From a virus, in the IMG/VR virus record IMGVR_UViG_3300032053_000040, positions 1-64,000 of that record: a stretch of DNA of 64,000 nucleotides. One strand, given 5' to 3'. Positions 19,940 to 28,799 of this stretch are shown piece by piece (the stretch's first letter is position 1; every line of letters begins with the position of its first letter). The notes beneath the pieces are model-generated. The model saw only the letters and a program-made list of their open reading frames with translations, did no database searches and was not told the origin of the DNA. The position numbers were made by a program, and so were the translations under genes.

Positions 19940-20215
19940 ATGGAAGGATTGGACTATCCGACACTTTTAACGGCCGCCCTGGCGGTTGTCGTTGCGTTGG
20001 GGGGCGGAGTTGCCCTTGTCAAGCTCAGGAGCAAGGCAGTAACGTTCATGGAAGAAGCGGCAGAGATCCTACGGGACATGTCGATGCTACTTGTTATGTT
20101 CTCCGCAGCCATGACAGACGACAAGATCACGACGGAGGAATGGAAAGAGATCGGACTAAAGGCGGTCGAAATCAAAGATCATGTAATGACACTCAAAGAA
20201 GATCTCAAAATCTGA
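19940..20215 (+). CDS. Small membrane protein (holin-like)
   Basis: N-terminal TM helix and DDKITTEE; follows the baseplate genes. Confidence 0.55.
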   Translation: MEGLDYPTLLTAALAVVVALGGGVALVKLRSKAVTFMEEAAEILRDMSMLLVMFSAAMTDDKITTEEWKEIGLKAVEIKDHVMTLKEDLKI

Positions 20216-20234
20216 CACATGATAGAGAGGGGGT

Positions 20235-20447
20235 ATGCACAGATTCGCACTCATCATAAGTCTGCTGGTCTTTTGCAGTATCATGACCGCAGGAGACGAT
20301 CAGATTGCATTCTGTGATGGAGATGAAACTCACTGGGCACTTCTGGATATCGATGTTGGATTCGGATTTGGATGTTGTAAAATTCCAACTCCAGAAGCTT
20401 TGTTAACCACAAAAATGGTAGAAAATGGTGCTTACGAGTTCAAATGA
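20235..20447 (+). CDS. Small secreted or membrane protein
   Basis: Signal-like N-terminus. Confidence 0.5.
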   Translation: MHRFALIISLLVFCSIMTAGDDQIAFCDGDETHWALLDIDVGFGFGCCKIPTPEALLTTKMVENGAYEFK

Positions 20448-20728
20448 ACGACACAATAGGGATATTCATCTCATTCGTAGTCCTGATACTCGGATTCAGC
20501 GTGTTCTACATAATGTGGGATAACTCGTGCAAGAAGTGGCTCGAAACGGCGAAGGCACGGTGGGAGTGCTGGCGACGGCTTCATGGTTGGATGGATAAGA
20601 CCGAAGACCTGCTTGACGAGATGGTTGACGATCCGAAAGAGGTTGCGCTTTTCGAGGAAGTTAGGCGAGCACGATGTGAGTTTGATAAATCCCAAGAACA
20701 CCTTAAAAAACATTTAAAGGAGAAATGA
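20444..20728 (+). CDS. Membrane protein
   Basis: N-terminal TM helix. Confidence 0.6.
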   Translation: MNDTIGIFISFVVLILGFSVFYIMWDNSCKKWLETAKARWECWRRLHGWMDKTEDLLDEMVDDPKEVALFEEVRRARCEFDKSQEHLKKHLKEK

Positions 20729-20732
20729 TTTT

Positions 20733-21470
20733 ATGGACGGCAATGGCGGAAGTGATTATAGGACGATTAGATTGTTTGTAGTCGCCCTCGTAGTTTTTGC
20801 CATACTACTTGGAGGGGGACTTTGGGTAATGGGCTATTTAGGTTATGCAAACGTTCTCAAAGAATCCTTTTCTGGATATGGTACAGTCGATATAGAGCAT
20901 TATACGGGAAACACGATGGACAGAGCATCTATTGAGAATGCAAATTTGACTTACGAGGCACATAGGGTCTGGGGGGTAGACGATGATAAAGAAGAATTCG
21001 TAGGTTATGTCGAGATAAGTGGCGCACGTGGTGGCAGCAAGTTCAAGAATCGATACGAAGTCAGGTCTCGAGGCGCTGGATATGCTCATTATTACGGTGC
21101 GTTCAATATTAGCGGCGAGTTCTCGGGCAGTGCTGAAATAACGGTGATCACAGGATCCGAAAACAATCCAGCGAGCATAAACAGCCTCTTCTTGATGGAT
21201 AGCAAACGAGGAAACGCAACTTTCACCGGCCGTGTTTATAAGTATCAAAACGGAAAACCAGCGACAGAATCTGAGACAGAACTTGTAGGAAAGTTTGCAC
21301 TTGAAAGCTATCTAAACGTCACAGAATCTCCCAAAACGCCGGACGATTGGCTAGGGTTCTGTGCAGAAGTAAACGCGGGCCTGCCTGATGGCCTCATGAT
21401 ACTGCCTGCTGGCACGACGCTAGAGGAAGGTAAAATAGCACTCGACAAAGCCAAGAAAGGCGCGGGGTGA
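20733..21470 (+). CDS. Membrane-anchored beta-rich protein
   Basis: TM segment followed by a beta-rich domain. Confidence 0.7.
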   Translation: MDGNGGSDYRTIRLFVVALVVFAILLGGGLWVMGYLGYANVLKESFSGYGTVDIEHYTGNTMDRASIENANLTYEAHRVWGVDDDKEEFVGYVEISGARGGSKFKNRYEVRSRGAGYAHYYGAFNISGEFSGSAEITVITGSENNPASINSLFLMDSKRGNATFTGRVYKYQNGKPATESETELVGKFALESYLNVTESPKTPDDWLGFCAEVNAGLPDGLMILPAGTTLEEGKIALDKAKKGAG

Positions 21471-21475
21471 GGTGA

Positions 21476-21889
21476 TTGAAGTTTGGGAAGATCGATATAG
21501 GCTCGACGGAAGCAATCAGCGACTACTTCCAGAAGAACTATCCCAGGACAAGCCAGATCCTCGGCTCCTTCCGACTGTTCAATTCAAAAGAGATCGCCGC
21601 ACTCCTCAAAATCCTCCAGCCAGGCCTCCAGGTAACTTTGCATGCCTTCCGAGGCCTCCATGCGCCCGGGAACGCTTACTCTTTTCCCAGGTACATTAGG
21701 GTCGAGAGAGACGGCGAGCTCTTTCGCGTAACCAGAGAGAAGGCCGTGAAAGAGAGGACACCTGTATCAATACCGGCTCAAGACGTGGCTGAAATCTATC
21801 TCGACACGGCAGAACTCGGGTTCATGTTTGCAGAGATGGAAATGAACGTCTCTCGCAAGTGGCCTCCACCGGACAGGTTCCAGATTTGA
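21476..21889 (+). CDS. Hypothetical protein
   Basis: ORF preceded by GGGGTGAGG. Confidence 0.6.
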   Translation: MKFGKIDIGSTEAISDYFQKNYPRTSQILGSFRLFNSKEIAALLKILQPGLQVTLHAFRGLHAPGNAYSFPRYIRVERDGELFRVTREKAVKERTPVSIPAQDVAEIYLDTAELGFMFAEMEMNVSRKWPPPDRFQI

Positions 21890-21896
21890 TCTCAAG

Positions 21897-22103
21897 ATGA
21901 GCGTAGCTCAAGACAAGATCCTGGAAGCGCTGTCCACGGATCCGGACGGTGCTCTATCGATCCTGGCAGTAGCTCACATGCTCGCTATAGACGAGAGGAC
22001 GACGGAAAACGCCATCCAATCGTTGAAGAGACACAAACTAATTGATAGACGTGTTGGCAGGGGCCCCCGAGGGGTTCCTGTGTTTCTTTACTGGCGGTGT
22101 TAA
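21897..22103 (+). CDS. Winged-helix DNA-binding protein
   Basis: VAHMLAIDERTTENAIQSLKRHKLI pattern. Confidence 0.7.
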   Translation: MSVAQDKILEALSTDPDGALSILAVAHMLAIDERTTENAIQSLKRHKLIDRRVGRGPRGVPVFLYWRC

Positions 22104-22105
22104 AA

Positions 22106-22141
22106 TTGAACGTATACCCTCAAAACGTTCAACCTTTTTTT
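22106..22141 (+). terminator. Hairpin plus T-run terminator
   Basis: ttgaacgt...acgttcaa followed by T7. Confidence 0.6.
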
Positions 22142-22198
22142 GATCTGAGATATCTTAAAATATCAGATATATCCATGTAAATCCTTGAGGGATTTTGG

Positions 22199-22558
22199 TT
22201 GATAGAGGAAAAGGATCACATCAGAATGTCCAGGCGGAAAAGCATTATGGTAATGTCTCCTCTTCTAGTTCTTATGATATCAGGCGCTTTCGAGACCGAA
22301 TCCGGGGGAGCTGGTCAAGTCACTCCGCTAAACGCTGCCATGCGAAACAGCTCGGTTGATATCACACGGTCATCAACCGTCGATATCAGCGCCGAACTCA
22401 GCAGGACACGTGCTCTGCTCGAAGCGGTTATTGACGTCTTGAAGGTAAAAGGCATATTGAGGACAACCGACATCGTATCCGCCGTCGAGATAGTGAACTC
22501 AATGGGATTATGCGAACCTCTCAAAAGAGAAGCGGCGCTTATCGATTATTTAGAATGA
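22199..22558 (+). CDS. Hypothetical protein
   Basis: ORF track; co-oriented. Confidence 0.55.
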   Translation: MIEEKDHIRMSRRKSIMVMSPLLVLMISGAFETESGGAGQVTPLNAAMRNSSVDITRSSTVDISAELSRTRALLEAVIDVLKVKGILRTTDIVSAVEIVNSMGLCEPLKREAALIDYLE

Positions 22559-22560
22559 GC

Positions 22561-22579
22561 GGGGAAAAATATAAATACC
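22561..22579 (+). promoter_or_regulatory. BRE-TATA promoter
   Basis: ggggaaaaatataaatacc about 22 nt before the ATG at 22601. Confidence 0.65.
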
Positions 22580-22600
22580 AATCATGCTTAACTTAATAGG

Positions 22601-22747
22601 ATGAAAAAAAGGGATATGGACCAAATAAGCGTAACCGTGAACCGGGGGTTGCTGCGTTATTTGGACGCCGCGATCCTGGAAGGGACATTCGAAAACCGTA
22701 GCCATGCGGTCAGAATGGCGATAAGAAGAATGAAAGAAAATGCCTGA
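22601..22747 (+). CDS. Ribbon-helix-helix (CopG-like) regulator, 48 aa
   Basis: Manually read MKKRDMDQISVTVNRGLLRYLDAAILEGTFENRSHAVRMAIRRM. Confidence 0.8.
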   Translation: MKKRDMDQISVTVNRGLLRYLDAAILEGTFENRSHAVRMAIRRMKENA

Positions 22748-23222
22748 CCCCGCAACGGGCCAGGACGGAGACGAAAATATGCAAGAAGACCTTGCACCTA
22801 ATGATATAAATAACTTTGCCGAGCAAAGTATTGACCTGGTAGCCAGATTAAACCAGGCGCTTGATAGGACAGAGGAGCTGGAATTGCATATCGAAGAGCT
22901 GAAGATCCAGCTCGACGACATGCAGAAGCTTCGCGAAAAAGACCAGCGATGCGAAGCCGAAGCGCGACGGGAGATGTGGCATCTTCTCAGGTCATCTTTA
23001 CCTCAAAAATCTGACCAGGATAATACCTATTCTGAAGCTCTTCTTCTCATGCTGGCCGGATCCGGCGGAAAGATATACTATTCACAAGCCAAGAAGCTTC
23101 TAGGAATGAAAGATTCAAACTTCTCGCGTTTAGTCTCCTCACTGAGCAACAAAGTAATCCTACGAAGGATGCCTCATGACAAGCGCCAAAAGATCATCCA
23201 GCTCAGGAGTGAGGAGCAATAA
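22740..23222 (+). CDS. Coiled-coil plus winged-helix protein
   Basis: Heptad region followed by AKKLLGMKDSNFSRLV HTH. Confidence 0.7.
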   Translation: MPDPATGQDGDENMQEDLAPNDINNFAEQSIDLVARLNQALDRTEELELHIEELKIQLDDMQKLREKDQRCEAEARREMWHLLRSSLPQKSDQDNTYSEALLLMLAGSGGKIYYSQAKKLLGMKDSNFSRLVSSLSNKVILRRMPHDKRQKIIQLRSEEQ

Positions 23223-24196
23223 CGATTGTTACCAATACTTGCAGAACTATGATAACTAATTTGTAAATAAATAGCGGCAAAACAAAAACCTGGAAATCCC
23301 CAAAAAAAGAGAAAAAACACGTTGAATTTACGTGTTTTATATATATGTATTATTTTGGAATAGGAATAGAAAGTAAATAAGAAAAAAGAAAAGAGACTAA
23401 ACTGGTAACCTTCAAAATACTTATCATACTTGCGAAACTATTTTCTCCCTCCAAAAAGTATAAATATCCCTAATCCACAAATAGTATCTTCATGATACTA
23501 AAGTCTGGTGTCTGGGAAGATCCTATCAGGGTTGCCACCATAACCAGAAGGATCAGGTTTGACGGCCAGAAAAGGCTATCAGACTTTAGTTTCCGAAGGC
23601 GCTCAACCAGAACCCGATAACTTGGTATCCCGGCTCCCCCAAGGCACGGCCCAAAAACCAGGTGTCCGGGTCAAATGTCTTTTTTCGGTTCTAATAGAAT
23701 CCTCAGCCACATTTTTACCCCCCCCATTATATATCACAAAACCAGTAACACTCACAATCACGAGCCTCACACGCAGCACCTACCAATACCGATTTCAAGC
23801 CATTCCTATATACTATGGCGCGTTTTAAATACTCCCCACCAAAAATAATATGCCAATAATAACACACTCCCAAACAATCATAACACTTAACATTTTGAGA
23901 TTAACACAAGACTATCTACCACATAAAATAAACAAACACTAACCCAAATTTTAGCAGCGCCTACCAATAGCGATTTTTGTAAAGACCATTTTTCAAAAAT
24001 TTTTACATAATCACAATAAATAAAGTAAATCCCACCGCTAAAAAATATTATATCAAAACTAATTAAACAAGTTTACAGATGATGAAAAGCCCCCGTCCCC
24101 CGTATCATCTGATTTTAATTTTAAATGTTGCAAGATATCAGTTACTTTTAAATAGCCGTTATGCTCTAGGTTTAGGTTATCCAGAGGTCGAAAATA
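23223..24196. other. AT-rich non-coding region, candidate replication origin
   Basis: About 1 kb without a credible ORF; strong A/C strand skew; imperfect repeats. Confidence 0.45.
23494..23685 (+). ncRNA. Candidate structured RNA A
   Basis: TATA at 23459; stem 23497-23509/23578-23590 with nested stems; T-run near 23680. Confidence 0.45.
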
Positions 24197-25486
24197 ATGA
24201 AGGTCCCGGTATCTGATGTTTACGTTCCAGCATCTAGGCGAGCTCTTGATCTGGAGAAGGTAAAGGAGATTGCTGATAGCATCCGCGAGATAGGTTTGCT
24301 CTATCCTATTACTATTGTTAAAAACGATATTCCTGATGCCAAAGAACCCTGGAGACTTGTCGCCGGCAGGCACCGCCTGGAAGCAGCCAGGACGGAGCTT
24401 AAACAGGACGAGATCGAGGCCACCGTAATTGATCTCGACATGCTGCATCAGGAGTTGGCTCAGATAGATGAGAACCTCATGCGTGCCAGATTACATTTCA
24501 TCGATGAAGGCGAAGCCCTAGCCCGCCGAAAAATCATTTGGGGGATACTATATCCCGAGACAAAGGTCGGCGGAGACAGACGCAGCCAGGAGTATATATC
24601 AAAATCAAAACGAAATGATTTCAAGCAGAAAGGATTCGCTCAGGATGCGGCTGCCAAACGTCACGTAACCCCCAGGACTATCCATCAGGAAGTCCAGATA
24701 GCGACACGGCTCGCGGGACCTGTTAAAGATCTGGTGAAGAAAGAGGATATGCAAAAGGCGGAAGTTCTTCGACTGACCAGGTCCCCTCCAGACGAGCAGA
24801 TGAAACTTGCCAAGATGATCGAAGCCGGCGAGGCCAAGACCGTCCGAGAGGCTGAGAAGTTACTCTACAAAGAGAAGACGATCCAACGAGGTAGGAAGGC
24901 CAAGGTCCAGCTCGATGCCTTGTTTGAGGTAGGCGACTATGAGGAGCTCATGGGTCTCATGACCGAGGGCAGTATCTCGGCGATAGTGTCCCATATCCCG
25001 CCAGGAATCGATCTGGAGGCCTTCCTCAAGCACTCTATCAGGGTGCTTGGCCCAGAGGGACAGATGGCACTCCAAACCACGCCAGGAGGTCTGAGACAAA
25101 TCCTGGCCCATATCCCAGAGGATCTAAACTATGTCTGGACGATTGCAAACCTACTCAGCCATACCACCGACAAACCCGACGAGATCAGGTCGAGTTGGTT
25201 GCCAGTCGTCCTGCTGGCCAAGAATGGGATACGCCAGGGAGGTTCGGATGTTATCGTGCGGAGCAGCGAGAACCTCAAGTCTACAGAAGATTGCGCGGTT
25301 CAAATAATCAATCGCGTCAGCAAACCGGGTGATATAGTCCTGGACCCCTTCTTAGGAGAGCACATCATGTCTTTGATGGCCGCGCACATAGGTCGAAAGT
25401 TTAGGGCTATATCCAAAGACCAGGAATCAGTCGACCTTGCAAAAGGACGTCTGGAGGCTCTCCAGGGAGTCCTCTTCCAGATCTAA
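24197..25486 (+). CDS. ParB-domain protein fused to a degenerate DNA methyltransferase domain
   Basis: SIREIGLLYPI, LVAGRHRLEA, IDENLMR; C-terminal PGDIVLDPFLG. Confidence 0.85.
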   Translation: MKVPVSDVYVPASRRALDLEKVKEIADSIREIGLLYPITIVKNDIPDAKEPWRLVAGRHRLEAARTELKQDEIEATVIDLDMLHQELAQIDENLMRARLHFIDEGEALARRKIIWGILYPETKVGGDRRSQEYISKSKRNDFKQKGFAQDAAAKRHVTPRTIHQEVQIATRLAGPVKDLVKKEDMQKAEVLRLTRSPPDEQMKLAKMIEAGEAKTVREAEKLLYKEKTIQRGRKAKVQLDALFEVGDYEELMGLMTEGSISAIVSHIPPGIDLEAFLKHSIRVLGPEGQMALQTTPGGLRQILAHIPEDLNYVWTIANLLSHTTDKPDEIRSSWLPVVLLAKNGIRQGGSDVIVRSSENLKSTEDCAVQIINRVSKPGDIVLDPFLGEHIMSLMAAHIGRKFRAISKDQESVDLAKGRLEALQGVLFQI

Positions 25487-25549
25487 TCTCTTTTCTATCG
25501 TTTTTTATAGGGCAAAAGTTTATATAACATTTTATGATATCTATAGTTC

Positions 25550-26155
25550 ATGCGAGAGCTTGAGCTACATGGTGATATCGAAACTATTTTTTCAGAGGTA
25601 AAAGAACAGCTTGCGGCCGAACTAAACCAGCCGGTGGATACCTTGAAGGCCGTGGGCCTGCGTTTCGTACTTTACGACGAAGAACTTGACCAGGTGTACG
25701 AACGACAGGCTTCTTCTGCTGATTTCAATATGCGGAAGTTAATTCCGGCGATAACGGACGAGCTGGGACTGAGCCAGGCCTGGAACGTAGTCGTCAAAAC
25801 GATGGCCGCAGTAACTTCGATCCTCGAACGGGATAACCTCGCCCACCACGATTCTATCTGGTTTGTTGATAACTACCTGGAGGAGGGCCTGGAGGGACTG
25901 AAGCTGGCGCTGGTCTTCGAAATCCTTGACGTCTTTCCAGAAGACGAGCTGGAGGAAATCAAACGGGAGGTCCAGGAGCAGATCAAAACCCTCATCGATG
26001 CCTATCTCACGACTCAGAAGCCGCAACCAATGAGAGACCTGGTTAGGCTGGCGTCCAGGACGATTCAGGTTCACATCTACCAGAAGGGTGATGAGGTGAT
26101 GGAGAAATTGATCGAGGAGATGAAGGTGGGATCAAATGCGACTGAAATTCTCTGA
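25550..26155 (+). CDS. Hypothetical acidic protein
   Basis: ORF with upstream TATA (tttatataa). Confidence 0.7.
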   Translation: MRELELHGDIETIFSEVKEQLAAELNQPVDTLKAVGLRFVLYDEELDQVYERQASSADFNMRKLIPAITDELGLSQAWNVVVKTMAAVTSILERDNLAHHDSIWFVDNYLEEGLEGLKLALVFEILDVFPEDELEEIKREVQEQIKTLIDAYLTTQKPQPMRDLVRLASRTIQVHIYQKGDEVMEKLIEEMKVGSNATEIL

Positions 26156-26507
26156 CCCCCGGGTCCAGGCAGCTCTGGACGAGATGGAGAAATCGCAGGG
26201 CAAATTCAGATCGGAGATGACCCAGATTCTGAAACGACTAGAAGATCTGCGAAAGATCCGTTGTGGAATCGATATCCTGCCGGAAGGCGATTTTTGGGAA
26301 GGCAGGCCGCTCGAACCAGAACCCGAACCAACTCTGGAAGATCCTTATACAGAAGTCTGGGGTATTGTAGGCGTGATAGGCCTAAGTGATGTCGAACTGC
26401 TAGGCTTTCCCGCGTTAACCGAAGCACTACGTAAGTTCGAGGGTAAAGAGGTACGGATAGAGATAACGAGCAAAGAGTTTATTGATGAGATTCTGGAGGA
26501 TTGGTGA
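26136..26507 (+). CDS. Hypothetical protein
   Basis: ORF track. Confidence 0.65.
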   Translation: MRLKFSDPRVQAALDEMEKSQGKFRSEMTQILKRLEDLRKIRCGIDILPEGDFWEGRPLEPEPEPTLEDPYTEVWGIVGVIGLSDVELLGFPALTEALRKFEGKEVRIEITSKEFIDEILEDW

Positions 26508-26628
26508 AATATGAAACTAGAACCTGTAGACCCTCTAGCCGGATGTTCGAACGACTGTGATGATCTTGCGAGAGCGAAGAGGATCGCAAGGGCAATGGCT
26601 GCCAGGAAGGAGATTGAGAGAGACATCC

Positions 26629-26877
26629 ATGAGTAAGACATATTATCTTCGGGATATCAGCACTATCAAGTTTCTTCGTGGCCTTGCCGACAAAATAGAG
26701 TCAGGCGAATTTGAAGCTGGCCATGGATACGTGGTGGAGAGGAAGACCAAAGGCCGCAAGTATATAAAATTCACCGGCCTGATGGAGATCAAGTTCTGGC
26801 TAAAAGATACCTCCATCGAAGGAAAGTCATCGGATGAGGATGTAGGATGGCCGCCTCCCTTCGGCGACGTGTGGTGA
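26629..26877 (+). CDS. Hypothetical protein
   Basis: Likely start MSKTYY. Confidence 0.55.
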   Translation: MSKTYYLRDISTIKFLRGLADKIESGEFEAGHGYVVERKTKGRKYIKFTGLMEIKFWLKDTSIEGKSSDEDVGWPPPFGDVW

Positions 26878-26883
26878 ACAACT

Positions 26884-27099
26884 ATGGCCGAGCACAGAAA
26901 CGATCCTGACGAAAAACTATCACCTCCCCTTTTGCAACGTTTTGTAGGCAAGAAATGTGAGATCCAGCTCCTCTCGGGCAGGACAGTAATCGCCGTGCTC
27001 ATCGGCTATCGGAAGTATGAGCTTCTGGTGAGCGAAGGAGGTTGGGAGAAGGTTATCAATAAGCACGCAGTAGCGAGCGTATCATTTAGAAGAGACTAA
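26884..27099 (+). CDS. hfq: Hfq-like (Sm-fold) RNA chaperone
   Basis: CEIQLLSGRTVIAVLIGYRKYELLV and INKHAVASV match the Hfq Sm1/Sm2 pattern ([YF]KHAI). Confidence 0.75.
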   Translation: MAEHRNDPDEKLSPPLLQRFVGKKCEIQLLSGRTVIAVLIGYRKYELLVSEGGWEKVINKHAVASVSFRRD

Positions 27100-27118
27100 C
27101 TAATTTTGGAGTGATTTC

Positions 27119-28162
27119 ATGGTAAGATGTGACGAATTCTACAACAAGTGGCAACGCTGCGGAAACTTCTGCGAGAAGCATCCCAAGACGGCCGAAAGGA
27201 TAGAGAAGTTTCTCGATAAAATCCTGCCCCTTCTCGAAGAAGAAGTGGCAAAAAGTGAAATACTGAAAGGAGCCCTAAAACCGAAAGGGCCAATCATCTC
27301 AGAAACAGCATCCCGTGAACTTCTTGGCGAAGACGAAAAAACTCGCCGGGAGATGGCAAGGCAAATAGTAAAGAAGGCAGAAGAAAAGGCAATTGACGGA
27401 AAGCCCGTAATGGTGACAGCACCAGAGGTCAAGAACATCTGGGACGTGGTTCAACGGACGGCTGAAAAGAAGTCCAAGTTCAACCTGACCAACGACAACA
27501 TCGAGTGGGCTCGGTACACCTGGAACCCGGTCACTGGTTGCCTGGGTCCGGATGGAAAAGGTGTATGCAGCTACTGTTATGCCCGGGACATCTCCATGCG
27601 TTTCTACCATACCTTCGAGCCTACGTTCATTCCCGAACGCCTTCATGCTCCGCAGAACACAAAGGTTCCGCAGAACGCCATAGAAGAGCCTGGGTATAAG
27701 AACGTCTTCGTTTGCTCTATGGCCGATCTTTTCGGTGATTGGGTCGACAAAACCTGGATCGAACGTGTCATGCTGGCAGTTACTGAGGCACCCCAGTGGA
27801 CGTTCATATTTCTGACCAAGAACCCAAAGAGGCTCCTGGATACAACCTGGCCGGAGAACGCTTGGGTAGGGACTACTGTGGACGTCCAGGCCCGGGTAGA
27901 GAAGGCCTGCGAGGTCTTCAGAGATCTTGAGGCTCCGGTGAAGTTTCTCAGTTGCGAACCTCTCCTCGAACCTCTGGAGTTCAACGACCTGTCGATGTTC
28001 GACTGGATGATCATAGGCGGCCAGAGTGAGGTCAGCTCCTCCCCGGCATTTCAGCCGGATTGGATGTGGGTCGAGTCTCTATTGATCCAGGCCCGCAAGT
28101 TCGGCCTGAAGGTCTACTTCAAACCGAACCTGGAGAGCAGACCGAAGGAGTTCCCGACATGA
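27119..28162 (+). CDS. DUF5131 / phage Gp37-Gp68 radical-SAM-like protein
   Basis: IEWARYTWNPVTGC, CSYCYA, FVCSMADLF, LTKNP, SCEPLL, IIGGQS. Confidence 0.9.
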   Translation: MVRCDEFYNKWQRCGNFCEKHPKTAERIEKFLDKILPLLEEEVAKSEILKGALKPKGPIISETASRELLGEDEKTRREMARQIVKKAEEKAIDGKPVMVTAPEVKNIWDVVQRTAEKKSKFNLTNDNIEWARYTWNPVTGCLGPDGKGVCSYCYARDISMRFYHTFEPTFIPERLHAPQNTKVPQNAIEEPGYKNVFVCSMADLFGDWVDKTWIERVMLAVTEAPQWTFIFLTKNPKRLLDTTWPENAWVGTTVDVQARVEKACEVFRDLEAPVKFLSCEPLLEPLEFNDLSMFDWMIIGGQSEVSSSPAFQPDWMWVESLLIQARKFGLKVYFKPNLESRPKEFPT

Positions 28163-28350
28163 ATAAACTTTCAAAATGCCCAAAATGCCTGTATAGGTGG
28201 GAACGACGGGTAAAGGCTCCCAAAGCCTGTCCGAGATGTAAGACCAGGCTCGATGTAAAGCGAAAGATGTCCAATCTAATATATACGGACAAACCCAAAG
28301 ATTACAGCAGGTTGGATCTCATCACAGAAAAAGGAGAGATCGAAAGTTAG
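28159..28350 (+). CDS. Small zinc-ribbon protein
   Basis: CPKCLYRW...CPRCK. Confidence 0.7.
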   Translation: MNKLSKCPKCLYRWERRVKAPKACPRCKTRLDVKRKMSNLIYTDKPKDYSRLDLITEKGEIES

Positions 28351-28748
28351 TGAGGCAAAATGACCATCAAACCGAACCAGGAGAGCAGACCGAGAGAGTA
28401 TCCTCTGAGATAGAGGTGATAAAGATGCCTGTATTTCGATACGATATGATTGACCATGATATAGTAGAGAATGTGCGTGTCTGCGTGAGACACGATCAAA
28501 GTAATTCGTATCCGATCAATATACCTGATATGAGAACGCGGGCCGTTTTTGCTCAGGAAATAGAGGAGGACAGACAGTATTTACGTGATCTTGAGAACAA
28601 AGTATCCATGCTACAAAATGAACTCAACGAGCTGAAAGAAAAGAGCTCTATCAATAAAAGGCTCTTACGTGTCGAAGAAAAAGTAAATGCAATCGACCAC
28701 CGACTAAAACTCGACAAGATTCTCAAGGCAAGCTACCAAAACCCATAA
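28350..28748 (+). CDS. Coiled-coil hypothetical protein
   Basis: ORF track. Confidence 0.6.
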   Translation: MRQNDHQTEPGEQTERVSSEIEVIKMPVFRYDMIDHDIVENVRVCVRHDQSNSYPINIPDMRTRAVFAQEIEEDRQYLRDLENKVSMLQNELNELKEKSSINKRLLRVEEKVNAIDHRLKLDKILKASYQNP

Positions 28749-28799
28749 ATATCAATACACCATATTAAACTACATGGCAGATTTAGGAGGGCAAACAGG

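Noticed and set aside
23559-23828. 89-aa ORF in the intergenic region
   Set aside because: TTG start without an RBS, biased composition, and overlap with a structured RNA candidate.
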